A DNA stretch of 64,000 nt from contig CANJUD010000008.1 of NCBI GenBank assembly GCA_947477885.1, positions 29,569 through 93,568 on the forward strand, read 5' to 3'. Shown here in pieces: positions 1-9,897 of this stretch. A model generated the notes under the pieces. The model was not told the DNA's origin, did not search any database, and saw nothing but the letters and a program-made list of their open reading frames with translations. Both the position numbers and the translations under genes were made by a program. The DNA is from Bacteroidota bacterium. GTDB taxonomy: Bacteria > Bacteroidota > Bacteroidia > UKL13-3. Position 1 is the stretch's first letter. Each line of letters begins with the position of its first letter.

Positions 1-2054
1 GCAGCAGGCAATACCACATGGGCAAGCATCGCTGTTTCGGTCATAAATATTTCTTGAACAACCAGTAAATCTAATTTACCTAAAGCCGCTTTTACATGGT
101 TGGTATTGGGGTCGGTTTGCACATTATCTTCACCCATCAACCATAATGCTTTCAATTTATTATCGAGAGCGGCATCATACATTTGAGGAATTTTCAAACC
201 TACGTACATCGGCAATTTAGTATCATAAAAGGCTTCATACATTTTATGATATTCAGGATTTGTCACATCATAATAACCTGCTCCTTGGTGAGGTTGGCAA
301 CCCATATCTGCTGCTCCCTGCACATTGTTTTGTCCGCGTAAAGGATTCACGCCCACGCCACGGCGGCCAATGTTTCCAGTGATCATGGCTAAGTCAGCAA
401 TAAGCATAACGGTATAAGTTCCTTGTGAATGTTCGGTAACGCCCAATCCGTGGAACGACATCGCGTTTCCAGCACTTGCATAAGCAATCGCAGCTTTGCG
501 AGCGAGTTCCTTATCTACGCCAGTTATTTTCGATAATTCATCTATATCATTTGCCAGAATTTGTTTTTTGAAATCATCATAACCTTCAGTGCGTGATGAA
601 ATGAATTCTTTGTCTTCCAAGCCTTCGCTAATGATATAATATAATAACATATTCATCATTGCAACATTGGTTCCTGGTTTTAATTGCAAATGGTAAGTAG
701 CATATTTTGCCATTTCAGTTCTGCGAGGATCTATTACAATAGATGGTCCTTTCATGGCAAATTGTTTCAATTTTGCACCGGTAACTGGATGTGCATCGGT
801 AGGGTTTGCACCTATTACCATAATACAATTTGTATATTGTAAATCTATTACAGAATTGGTAGCAGCACCAGTTCCAAACACACGCTGCATGCCTAGAGCT
901 GTGGGAGAGTGACATACTCTTGCGCAACTATCTATATTATTAGTTCCAATAGTTTTTCTGATAAATTTCTGCATCAAATAATTCTCTTCGTTGGTACAAC
1001 GTGCAGAAGAAATTCCACCTATATAATCAGGTCCGAAATCATTTTTAATTCTAGTAAGTTCATTAGCAATATATGTATATGCTTCATCCCAAGTTGCAGG
1101 AAGAAGCTCACCATTTTTACGAATTAAAGGTGTGCGCAAACGCTCAGGATGGTTATAAAACGAAAATGCAAAACGACCTTTCAAGCAGGTGTGACCTTTG
1201 TTTACATCCGCATCAAAAGGTGCTTGTATACTTTTTACTTTTCCATTTACAGTAGCAACTTCTAAATTACAACCCACGCCACAATAAGTACATATAGTCC
1301 GGGTAGTTTCTGCTTTTGCTATAGATTTCGATTCGAATATATCACTGATAGCTGAAGTGGGACAAGCCTGTGCACAAGCTCCGCAGCTAACGCAATCACT
1401 TTCATTAAATGTAACTTCAGATCCTTTTACTATATGACTATCAAAACCACGACCTGCCATACTTAATACAAATTGTCCCTGTACTTCATCGCATGCGCGC
1501 ACACAACGGAAGCAGTTTATACATTTGCTCATATCTGAAGTCATATAAGGATGACTCAAATCTTTTGTTCTATCCAAATGGTTTTTTCCTTCGGGATATC
1601 TAACATCTCTAATTCCAACTTTTGCAGCAACTTCTTGTAGTTCGCAATTGTTATTTACTTCGCAGGTTAAGCAATCTAATGGATGGTCGGTTAGTACCAA
1701 CTCTATAATATTCTTTCTTAGTTTTTGTATGCGATCGGATGAAGGATATATATATGAATTCTCCATCACTGGTGTATGACAAGAGGCTTGTGTTTTAACA
1801 GAACCATTCTGTTGCAAAGCCACATCCACACTACATACACGGCACGAACCAAAAGGTTCCAAATTAGGTGCATCGCATAATGTGGGAACCAATTCTTGTC
1901 CAAAATTTCTGCGTATAAAAGATAATATAGTTTCACCTGGCTTTATTTCGTAGGGAACATTATCTATATAAGCCAATTTAACATCAACACCATTGTTGTT
2001 GCTAAAGCTGCCTGATTCGGAAACTTTGTTTTTGAAATTTGCTTTTATGTCCAT
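1..2054 (-). CDS. fdhF: Formate dehydrogenase alpha subunit (Mo/W-bis-PGD, NAD-linked FdsA/FdhF type), 3' end runs off the window
   Basis: Not in the ORF track because it is open at the edge. Hand translation from ATG 2054 gives an N-terminal Fe-S region (PTLC..GSCRVC..ASC), IGTNNIDSCARVCHSP (Cys ligand, not Sec) and VNPLRGQNNVQGAADMG. Confidence 0.93.
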   Translation of the reverse strand, partial: MDIKANFKNKVSESGSFSNNNGVDVKLAYIDNVPYEIKPGETILSFIRRNFGQELVPTLCDAPNLEPFGSCRVCSVDVALQQNGSVKTQASCHTPVMENSYIYPSSDRIQKLRKNIIELVLTDHPLDCLTCEVNNNCELQEVAAKVGIRDVRYPEGKNHLDRTKDLSHPYMTSDMSKCINCFRCVRACDEVQGQFVLSMAGRGFDSHIVKGSEVTFNESDCVSCGACAQACPTSAISDIFESKSIAKAETTRTICTYCGVGCNLEVATVNGKVKSIQAPFDADVNKGHTCLKGRFAFSFYNHPERLRTPLIRKNGELLPATWDEAYTYIANELTRIKNDFGPDYIGGISSARCTNEENYLMQKFIRKTIGTNNIDSCARVCHSPTALGMQRVFGTGAATNSVIDLQYTNCIMVIGANPTDAHPVTGAKLKQFAMKGPSIVIDPRRTEMAKYATYHLQLKPGTNVAMMNMLLYYIISEGLEDKEFISSRTEGYDDFKKQILANDIDELSKITGVDKELARKAAIAYASAGNAMSFHGLGVTEHSQGTYTVMLIADLAMITGNIGRRGVGVNPLRGQNNVQGAADMGCQPHQGAGYYDVTNPEYHKMYEAFYDTKLPMYVGLKIPQMYDAALDNKLKALWLMGEDNVQTDPNTNHVKAALGKLDLLVVQEIFMTETAMLAHVVLPA

Positions 2055-2145
2055 GGTGGATTTTTTTATTTTATAGTTGATATTTTTTATTTGTAATATA
2101 TTATATTTTAGGGTCACGATTTATTTTGACAGTACAATATATATA

Positions 2146-3795
2146 TTATTTGAAATATTGTTTTAACTCATCATCAAAATACATTAATGCATTTCTGATA
2201 GGTAATGGAACGCCTCCGCCTAGGGCACAGAGGGAACCAATCTCCATTGTTTCAATTAAATCGGTTAATAAAACTTTGTCGATTTTATAATCTGTAGTTC
2301 TTGCTTTATATAATAGTTCTTGACCACGTGTACTTCCCAATCGGCAAGGGAAACATTTGCCACAACTTTCGTGAGCAGTGAACTGGAAAAGATGTTCCAT
2401 ATATTCTATCATAGGGAAAGTTTTTGGCAAACAAACTACCGAAGCGTGTCCCAATAAAAATCCTGCTTGATTAAAACTTTCGAAGTCGATTGTGAGTTCA
2501 TTGATTTTGCTAACTGGCACCATTCCACCAAGTGGACCGCCAATATGCAAAGCTTTTATATCATTGTTAAATCCTTGTCCCAAATCATTCACTACGACAG
2601 AAAGTGGAGTTCCCATATCTACTTCATATATACCCGGACGATTAAAAAATCCATCCAAAGAAACTAATTTTGTTCCAGTAGATTTTCCACGTCCGATGGC
2701 TGCAAATTTCTCTCCGCCTTCACGCATAATCCAAGGCACACAAGCCAAAGTTTCTACATTATTTACTACAGTAGGTTTATTGAACAATCCTTCCTGTGCT
2801 GGGTAGGGCGGGCGAATCCGAACTTCTGGTCTTTGTCCTTCAATAGAAGAAAGCAATGCAGTTTCTTCGCCACATATATAAGCACCTTGTGCACGAATCA
2901 CTTTAAAATTATAACTAAAACCAGAGCCTAATATATTTTCTCCGATCAAGTTTTTCTGTAATAGTTTTTGTAATTCTTCTTCTATAATATCGATACTTTC
3001 TGGATACTCGCCACGGATATATAATACACCCATTGCTGAACCTATGATATAACCAGTAATTATCATACCCAGTAAAACGGCGTGTGGTCTGTGCTCCAAT
3101 AAATATCTATCGCTATATGCTCCGGGGTCTCCTTCATCGGCATTGCATACTACAAATTTAGTAACGCTAGGTGTATTTTTACAACTTTCCAATTTAAACG
3201 ACATCGGGAAACCTGCACCACCTCTGCCTCTCACGCCTGATGTTTTGAGTTTGGCTAACAATTCGTTGGGAGTTTTCTTAAGACAATCTGCAAGTATTTT
3301 ATAGAACTCATCGATGCCAGGGAATTCTTCTGTTAATACAGGGGTTCCTAATGATTCCACATGATAATTATCAGTGGGTTTGGCTTCTCCTTTGCTGATT
3401 TTTTCAATCTGTTCAATCGCATCGCCTGAATAATTTTTGCCATCATAATAGAACGAACTATTTTCGTGGCAACGACCCAAGCAACACATTTCACCAATCT
3501 CGTTTGCGGCAAAATGCTCGCCTATTTTTTGGTGTACTTTGTCCTGCGTTCCCGCAGTCATGCACGAGCTGCCATTGCAGACATATATCATTTTACCTTT
3601 GTTTTCTTCACGCGTAAAATCGTAAAATGAGGCACTTCCATATACATTGGCTTTGCCAATCAGAAATTCATCAGCAAGTTTTTCTAAATCTTTCTTAGTT
3701 GGCGTCCCTTCGGCTTTTGCCAGTATTCCCAACTCTTCAAAAAGGTTTTCCTGTAGGCCCTTCCTGCCTGATAATTCACTAATATTCTTTGACAT
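2146..3795 (-). CDS. NAD-dependent formate dehydrogenase diaphorase subunit, NuoE(FdsG)-NuoF(FdsB) fusion
   Basis: N-terminal 2Fe-2S motif VCNGSSC...CCLGRC; NuoF motifs GRGGAGF, NADEGDPG, GAYICGEETAL, ESCGKCFPCRLG, CALG; lies directly upstream of the FDH alpha gene. Confidence 0.9.
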   Translation of the reverse strand: MSKNISELSGRKGLQENLFEELGILAKAEGTPTKKDLEKLADEFLIGKANVYGSASFYDFTREENKGKMIYVCNGSSCMTAGTQDKVHQKIGEHFAANEIGEMCCLGRCHENSSFYYDGKNYSGDAIEQIEKISKGEAKPTDNYHVESLGTPVLTEEFPGIDEFYKILADCLKKTPNELLAKLKTSGVRGRGGAGFPMSFKLESCKNTPSVTKFVVCNADEGDPGAYSDRYLLEHRPHAVLLGMIITGYIIGSAMGVLYIRGEYPESIDIIEEELQKLLQKNLIGENILGSGFSYNFKVIRAQGAYICGEETALLSSIEGQRPEVRIRPPYPAQEGLFNKPTVVNNVETLACVPWIMREGGEKFAAIGRGKSTGTKLVSLDGFFNRPGIYEVDMGTPLSVVVNDLGQGFNNDIKALHIGGPLGGMVPVSKINELTIDFESFNQAGFLLGHASVVCLPKTFPMIEYMEHLFQFTAHESCGKCFPCRLGSTRGQELLYKARTTDYKIDKVLLTDLIETMEIGSLCALGGGVPLPIRNALMYFDDELKQYFK

Positions 3796-3992
3796 TTCGT
3801 ATAATAAAATAGTATAATTCGCTTGATAGTTTTTCGCAACTATCTACAAACAAAAGTAAGCATTTTGTTTGCTATGCAAAAGTAAATATTTTCAGCCTAT
3901 TTAAAGCTAATTGCTGAAAAGGTTATTAACAGGGTGTGGAGGGGGGAAGAATTACGAATTACGAATATGGAATTATTAATGCATTGTCCACT

Positions 3993-4168
3993 AAATATTT
4001 CGTCCCTCGGGACTTGGGGGTGGGGGGGGGGGGGGGAGGGTTCGCTATCTATTACCAGTATATCGTCCCCATGGGACTTTGTCAAAAAGTATTATAGTCC
4101 CATCGGGACGATATATCGGTAATAGAAAATATCCCACAAACGCTAAAGTCCCGTAGGGACGTAATATT
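3993..4168. repeat. Cluster of four REP-like GTCCC-N2/3-GGGAC palindromes arranged as nested inverted repeats, with a G15 run
   Basis: Units at about 4001-4014, 4064-4078, 4096-4110 and 4147-4161. 4048-4078 is the reverse complement of 4096-4126 with 3 mismatches, and 3993-4014 pairs with 4147-4168. G15 at 4022-4036. Confidence 0.8.
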
Positions 4169-4191
4169 ATTGCATCACTTTAGAGCACTCC

Positions 4192-4695
4192 TCAACTTCC
4201 AAACAACATCAACTCTTCCTTACCACCCAGTAAAAACATATTCTTCTCAAAATGAAAACCTATCTTTTCTAATAATTTTATCGAGTGTAAATTCTCTTCA
4301 ATTGCAATAGCAACAATTCGTTTTAAATTCAGATTTATATATCCATAATTCACTGTTGCTGAAGCAGATTCAAATGCATATCCTTGAACGATATATTGTG
4401 GTAAAAACGCAAACCCAATATCTATATCATCCAACGTTTCTCGTTTCAGTAAACCACAGATTCCAATAGGTGTTTCATCATTTTTTAATTTGGTGAGAAA
4501 TAATCCAAAACTATGTGCTTCATAGCCTTTCATCAGGCCATTGATGATATAGTTTTTAGCATCATCCAAAGTTATTATTCCGCGGTCACCAATATATTTT
4601 ATCCCTGAAGGGGAGTTTAAAAGTTAATATATAAATTCTGTATCATCTGTGTTACGATGACATAGAATTAATCTTTCTGTGGCAATTATTCCCAT
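4192..4695 (-). pseudogene. GNAT (RimJ/RimL-like) N-acetyltransferase with an in-frame stop
   Basis: Reading from ATG 4695: MGIIATERLILCHRNTDDTEFIY*LLNSPSGIKYIGDRGIITLDDAKNY..., with TAA at 4624-4626 in frame with ORF 4192..4569. Downstream GNAT motifs IGICGL, DIGFAFLP..GYAFE, SIKLLEKIGF. Confidence 0.8.
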
Positions 4696-4935
4696 TGAAA
4701 TATTCAGTGTTAAAAGTTTGCAAATATGGGCAATATTTTTTTTACCATCTATGTCTTGCTAAACTATTGAATATGAACTATATTTGTTGCCCAATTTTTC
4801 AACTTCGTAATTTTAAATTTTCACGATGTTGTATTGTAATGTATTAAAAAATAGGATTTTATATTTAATTTTTAATTACGAAGCAACCCGTAAGCGGTGT
4901 AATTGTTCATATATAATATAAAAAACTGGATGAAA

Positions 4936-6663
4936 ATGAAAAAAATAATTTACCCAATCCTCTTTGGTTTCTTGTTCCTCTTCTCGCTTAACCAAACTAA
5001 GGCTCAATGTCTATTAGCAAAAGCTTATCCTTATGCCAATTTTTGGGACAGTTGTTCCAATAACAAAGGCTCACTGAATGCCTATGTTGCTTTTAAGGCA
5101 AAATCTAGCTGCTTCAAGTACGAATGGACTGTGAATGGCAATCTAGTTGACAGTAGCTATCTGTTGCATTATACCATTACGCAAAATGGAACTTACGATG
5201 TTTGCGTAAAAGTGAAAGACACTTGCAATAATTGTGATACGACTATTTGCAGCAAACGAACTATTACTTGTTTCAGTTCTACTTGCAATTGGGCAAGCAG
5301 ATATGGTAAAGTCAATAATTTTGACAGCTGTTCCAATAATGCGGCTTCAATGCATGCATATATATATTTCAATTATAGCAGCTCTTCTTGTTTCAAATAT
5401 GAGTGGACCGTGAATGGAAGCAAGGTTTCAAGCGGTACAAACTATCCCTATTATATTAAGTATCAAATTACCCAAAACGGCACCTATGATTTATGCGTAA
5501 AAGTTACCGATACCTGTAATAATTGTGATACCACATTTTGTAGCAAACGCACTTTTACGTGCTTCAGCAGCGGCTCTACCTGCGATTGGTCATCAAGGCC
5601 TTATAATACCTATATTGGAGATAGTTGCAAAACAAGTTCCTCCAATACTATCACCTCGTACATCGCCTATAAAACTAAGGGATGTTATAAGTACCAGTGG
5701 ACGGTGGGAGGTGTAAATGCAGGAACTGCAAATTTCATTCAATATCCGGTTTATAAAAATGGAACATACGCAGTGTGTGTGAAAGTAATAGATACCTGCA
5801 ATAATTGTGATACCACTATTTGCTGGTCCCGCACCATTACTTGTATTAGCAATGCCAGTACCTGTAATTGGGCAAGTCGTTACCCCAACAGTATTTTTAG
5901 AGACTCTTGTAAAAATACATCGGTTAATTTATTTGGATATATTTCATTCAATAGCAACTTATATAAATGCTTCAAATACCAGTGGACTGTGAATGGCAAT
6001 GCAGCAGGAACGGGTTCATATATTAGCTATACCGTTAACCAAAATGGTACTTATAATGTATGTGTGAAAGTAACTGATACATGTAATAATTGTGATACTA
6101 CTATATGTAGCACTCGCACCATTACTTGCCTTGGTGGATGTAATTGGGCAAGCAAAACACCATATACCTATTTATGGGATAGCTGCAAATCGAATCTATC
6201 TTTTGTGAATGCTTATATATCATTCAAAACAAAGGGTTGTTACAAATACCAATGGACTGTGAATGCTAACAATGCAGGAAATGGATATGTGATGAAATAT
6301 GCAATCTTTAATGCAGGCACTTATAATATTTGCGTGAAGGTGACCGATACCTGCAACAATTGTGATACCACCATTTGTGTTAAATACAAAACAAACTGTT
6401 ATAATGGTATAAATAATATAGAGCTGAGCGAAGGAATTAATCTATATCCTAACCCAACCCAAGGTATCGTAAAACTAGATTGGAGCAAAGGAAATAGTTC
6501 GTATGTAATTTATAATATCTCAGGTCAGAGTATAGCTACTGGTAATTTGACCAACGGCATGCAAACATTAGATTTGACATCGCAGCCTACAGGACTATAT
6601 ATACTGCAAGTAAAAGCTGCTGATGCGAATATTACCAAGAAAATATTCCTGCAAAAAGAGTAA
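4936..6663 (+). CDS. T9SS type A CTD secreted protein with five tandem Cys-rich PKD/Ig-like repeats
   Basis: Signal peptide MKKIIYP...TKAQ; five copies of C(F/Y)KYxWTV...GTYxxCVKVxDTCNNCDTT(I/F)C; C-terminal LYPNP...IYNISGQ...GLYIL CTD. Confidence 0.85.
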   Translation: MKKIIYPILFGFLFLFSLNQTKAQCLLAKAYPYANFWDSCSNNKGSLNAYVAFKAKSSCFKYEWTVNGNLVDSSYLLHYTITQNGTYDVCVKVKDTCNNCDTTICSKRTITCFSSTCNWASRYGKVNNFDSCSNNAASMHAYIYFNYSSSSCFKYEWTVNGSKVSSGTNYPYYIKYQITQNGTYDLCVKVTDTCNNCDTTFCSKRTFTCFSSGSTCDWSSRPYNTYIGDSCKTSSSNTITSYIAYKTKGCYKYQWTVGGVNAGTANFIQYPVYKNGTYAVCVKVIDTCNNCDTTICWSRTITCISNASTCNWASRYPNSIFRDSCKNTSVNLFGYISFNSNLYKCFKYQWTVNGNAAGTGSYISYTVNQNGTYNVCVKVTDTCNNCDTTICSTRTITCLGGCNWASKTPYTYLWDSCKSNLSFVNAYISFKTKGCYKYQWTVNANNAGNGYVMKYAIFNAGTYNICVKVTDTCNNCDTTICVKYKTNCYNGINNIELSEGINLYPNPTQGIVKLDWSKGNSSYVIYNISGQSIATGNLTNGMQTLDLTSQPTGLYILQVKAADANITKKIFLQKE

Positions 6664-6689
6664 AACAGAATCCAAACTTATATAATAAT

Positions 6690-6718
6690 AAAGCCAGGCA
6701 GTATTGTCTGGCTTTTTT
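6690..6718 (+). terminator. Rho-independent terminator
   Basis: aaagccaggca-gtat-tgtctggcttt stem followed by a T run, just after the stop at 6663. Confidence 0.8.
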
Positions 6719-6733
6719 GTTGTATAAAACTTT

Positions 6734-6781
6734 CGTCATTGCGAGGAGTGGCGGGCATGCCAGGGGCCGACAAAGCAATCT
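6734..6781. repeat. Family A palindromic element, left half only
   Basis: cgtcattgcgaggag...ccgacaaagcaatct matches the left arms of the copies at 24729 and 45598. Confidence 0.65.
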
Positions 6782-6900
6782 TAATTGGCGTATAACCTTA
6801 GGGTGGGGTCGCCATTATCTATCTGTCCAACACATTTTGACAGAATTCCAAATGAAATTATTAATAAATATATTCGTATCATAAACTATTTAATTCAACC

Positions 6901-8952
6901 TCACTCCCCAACCACAACCATCCCCACCATCCTTCTCCCATTCTCCAACAATTCCACCAAATAAATCCCAGTCCCATATTCCCCAATATCATAACTAAAA
7001 CTCTCTCCAGAAATATTGGTTTTCTGCATAATTACTTGCCCAGTTATATTATATATTTTAAGGTTTGCATTTTGGATTCTTTTATCAAGCGAAATCATAA
7101 ATTTTCCTTGGGTTGGATTGGGAAATATTTGTATATTATCTTGGTTTTGTTGGGCAATACTTGCATTGTTAATATGATAACAAGTAGAGGTATAAGTGCA
7201 GATGGAATCAGTAATAATAACGCCGTAATCCCCATTCACAGCGGGTTTGAAGCTCTGTTTAGTTTCACCAGAAATGGGTGCATAGTTTTTATTACAATCA
7301 ATCCATTGGTATTTTTTTCCTATTGCTTGGGCAGTGAGTACATTCCAAATTTTTATTACCGCCGTATCTATGGCATCAATGGTTACATTCAGAGTAATAA
7401 AACTATCACAACCTCGGGTATTGATTAATGTGTCATGGTACACACCAGTTGTATTATAATACTTTTTGTTAAATAAAATCTTAAAACATGACAATGTATC
7501 TTTTGTGCCTACTGTGCTTTCACATTGTTTTATTTTATGTATAAATAAATCACTATTACCCGCAGAAATCAAATTTGTAGTTTGTGTACTATCAATAGCA
7601 AAATTTGAAGTGTCCTCAAAATAGCCTCCTGTATATACATCCCCATAACTATCTGTTATCAACGTTTGACCTATATCATTAAGCAATCCTCCTAGCTTAT
7701 AGGCCCATACAAACCCTCCCGAGGTGTCCAGTTTATATATAAATGCATCTAACCCATTTGCTGTAATATTATATACTGATGCTCCCGGGTCAAAATCAGC
7801 GGTGCTATCAAAATATCCAGTACTATATAGATTGCCTTTTTTATCTAAAGTAATACAATTGCCCAATTCAGTCCCAGTGCCGCTAATTTGTTTGGCCCAC
7901 GAAAAGTTACCTTTCACATCCAACTTTAATATATATATATCTACACCACCAGCCACTGTTAAATTATACTTAGGTGGCCCTGGATTAAAATCAACTGTGT
8001 TGGAAAAAAAACCAGTACTATATATATTTCCCGCAGCATCTGAAATGATGGAAAGCCCTTGATCATCGCTAGTTCCACCCATTCTTTTGGCCCAAACAAA
8101 ATTACCTCCTGAGTCGAGTTTTGAGATAAATATTTCAGTACCCCCTTGCGATTTTAATATAAAAGTATTGGAGCCTGGATCAAAATCTGCATCTTCCTGA
8201 TAAAAACCAGTTGTATATATATTTTCAGATGCATCAACGGTGATGGAATTTCCGCCTTCGGTAAAAAGTCCGCCCATAGCTTTGGCCCATATAAAATTAC
8301 CTGCTGTGTCCAATTTAATAAGATGTATATCGAACTCACCTGCAGAAGTAAGATTGGAAGTATTTCCCGATGGGTCAAAATCTACAGTGTATTGAAAAGT
8401 TCCTGTTATATATATCGATGAATTTTTTATAACCATAGAATTTGCATAATCATATCCAGCTCCGCCCATTTTTTTGGCCCACACAAAATTTCCCGACGCG
8501 TCTAGTTTTAAAATAAATATATCATCTAACCCTGCCGAACCCAAATTGTATGCTTGATTTGAAGGATCAAAATCGGCATAGTCTTCAAAAAAACCAGTTG
8601 TATATATTGCTCCTTCCGCATCAACTGCAATGGATAGTCCCGTCTCCACAAAGTCGCCGCCCATTGCTTTGGCCCACATAAAGTTTCCTTTTGCATCTAA
8701 TTTACAAACAAAAATATCCTGAGTTAATGAAGCAGCAGACAAGTAAAATATACCTGTTGGCGACGGGTCAAAATCTACTTTACCTGTAAAACTTCCAGAT
8801 ATGCAAATATTACCTTTGGGGTCAACAGCTATGGCATAAGCCTCATCGAAAGCTGCACCGCCTATTTTTTTTACCCAGTCCAAAGTTACTGTTTGTGCCT
8901 GAACACAGCAGCTTATAAGAATAACGAAGAGCGTGAATGTTATTTTTTTCAT
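6901..8952 (-). CDS. SBBP-repeat beta-propeller protein with T9SS type A CTD
   Basis: Signal peptide; repeated D..GNIY.TG.F....DFDP...DIFI.KLD..GNF.WAK.MGG units; IFPNP...GIYLV CTD. Confidence 0.88.
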   Translation of the reverse strand: MKKITFTLFVILISCCVQAQTVTLDWVKKIGGAAFDEAYAIAVDPKGNICISGSFTGKVDFDPSPTGIFYLSAASLTQDIFVCKLDAKGNFMWAKAMGGDFVETGLSIAVDAEGAIYTTGFFEDYADFDPSNQAYNLGSAGLDDIFILKLDASGNFVWAKKMGGAGYDYANSMVIKNSSIYITGTFQYTVDFDPSGNTSNLTSAGEFDIHLIKLDTAGNFIWAKAMGGLFTEGGNSITVDASENIYTTGFYQEDADFDPGSNTFILKSQGGTEIFISKLDSGGNFVWAKRMGGTSDDQGLSIISDAAGNIYSTGFFSNTVDFNPGPPKYNLTVAGGVDIYILKLDVKGNFSWAKQISGTGTELGNCITLDKKGNLYSTGYFDSTADFDPGASVYNITANGLDAFIYKLDTSGGFVWAYKLGGLLNDIGQTLITDSYGDVYTGGYFEDTSNFAIDSTQTTNLISAGNSDLFIHKIKQCESTVGTKDTLSCFKILFNKKYYNTTGVYHDTLINTRGCDSFITLNVTIDAIDTAVIKIWNVLTAQAIGKKYQWIDCNKNYAPISGETKQSFKPAVNGDYGVIITDSICTYTSTCYHINNASIAQQNQDNIQIFPNPTQGKFMISLDKRIQNANLKIYNITGQVIMQKTNISGESFSYDIGEYGTGIYLVELLENGRRMVGMVVVGE

Positions 8953-9054
8953 TACGCAATATTACAATAAATAGGATAAAGATAAAAGACGAAAGACAAA
9001 AGGGATAAGGAGCAAGGAATAAGGAGTAAGTCATCAGGCGTTTGCTCCTTACCC

Positions 9055-9768
9055 TTACTCCTTCTTTCTCCAAACCTTCTGTATACAAAAATTATCACCT
9101 TCACATATTTCTAACCAATAAATTCCTTCTGCAAATTCAGCAACATTTATCATGAAATTGGTTTCATTTATATTTACTTTTTGTATTATAATTTTGCCTG
9201 TTGTATTATATAGTATGATACTGGCATTTTTAAAATTTGCAGTAGGTTGTATATTTATTACACAACCTGCCAGGTTTTCTTCAATGCTTACATTATAAGG
9301 TAATACAGGGCCAGCATAGCCATTTGGGTTTGAGGTAGAAGTTTCCATAACGGTGATATTAATTTTATTTTCATTGTGATATTGTTCGCATCTATTATTG
9401 ATACAGTTTTGTATAAGTTCAGTATCAGGGCCATCAAATTCGGTTTCTAATTTAAAAGGTCTGATCGCATATAAATCTCCATGATTATCTATATTGATTG
9501 ATTCTCCCAATATGCTGCCTACAACCTGCGTGGCAAAACCATAGGTATTATCTGCATTTAATTTGATTGGAATGCCCGTTGTATTCAGTAATTCTGAATC
9601 GGATGTTGTATTTATTGGGGCGTCATAAAACCCCCTTGACGTAATAGTTTTGCTTGGGATAGCTTGGTGTATATTATACTTCCTTGCTATTTTATCGGGG
9701 GTAATTGTTTGAGCATTTATTATACCAACTAACATGGTGGTAATAAAAAGATATATAAAGTGTTTCAT
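9055..9768 (-). CDS. Secreted hypothetical protein with T9SS CTD-like C-terminus
   Basis: Signal peptide ending INAQ; C-terminal LYNTTGKII...INVAEFAEGIYWLEI. Confidence 0.7.
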   Translation of the reverse strand: MKHFIYLFITTMLVGIINAQTITPDKIARKYNIHQAIPSKTITSRGFYDAPINTTSDSELLNTTGIPIKLNADNTYGFATQVVGSILGESINIDNHGDLYAIRPFKLETEFDGPDTELIQNCINNRCEQYHNENKINITVMETSTSNPNGYAGPVLPYNVSIEENLAGCVINIQPTANFKNASIILYNTTGKIIIQKVNINETNFMINVAEFAEGIYWLEICEGDNFCIQKVWRKKE

Positions 9769-9897
9769 TGTAGTAAGTATTATTTGTGTTAACTGGTATC
9801 GAAATAGTTTTTCATTGTATTATTTATAAAGGAAAAGGTTTGAGGAGCTTGCGCCGCATGGTCCTTATTCCTTGCTCCTTATTCCTTACTATTGTTT

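Noticed and set aside
900-935. Selenocysteine in the FDH active site, given mnmH in the window
   Set aside because: The codon is TGT (CARVCH), not TGA.
2146-3795. Respiratory complex I nuoF
   Set aside because: It is fused to a NuoE-like domain and sits beside an FDH alpha gene, with no other nuo genes.
3897-4122. Two 62-aa ORFs (poly-Pro / poly-Gly)
   Set aside because: They are translations of the G-run and REP palindromes.
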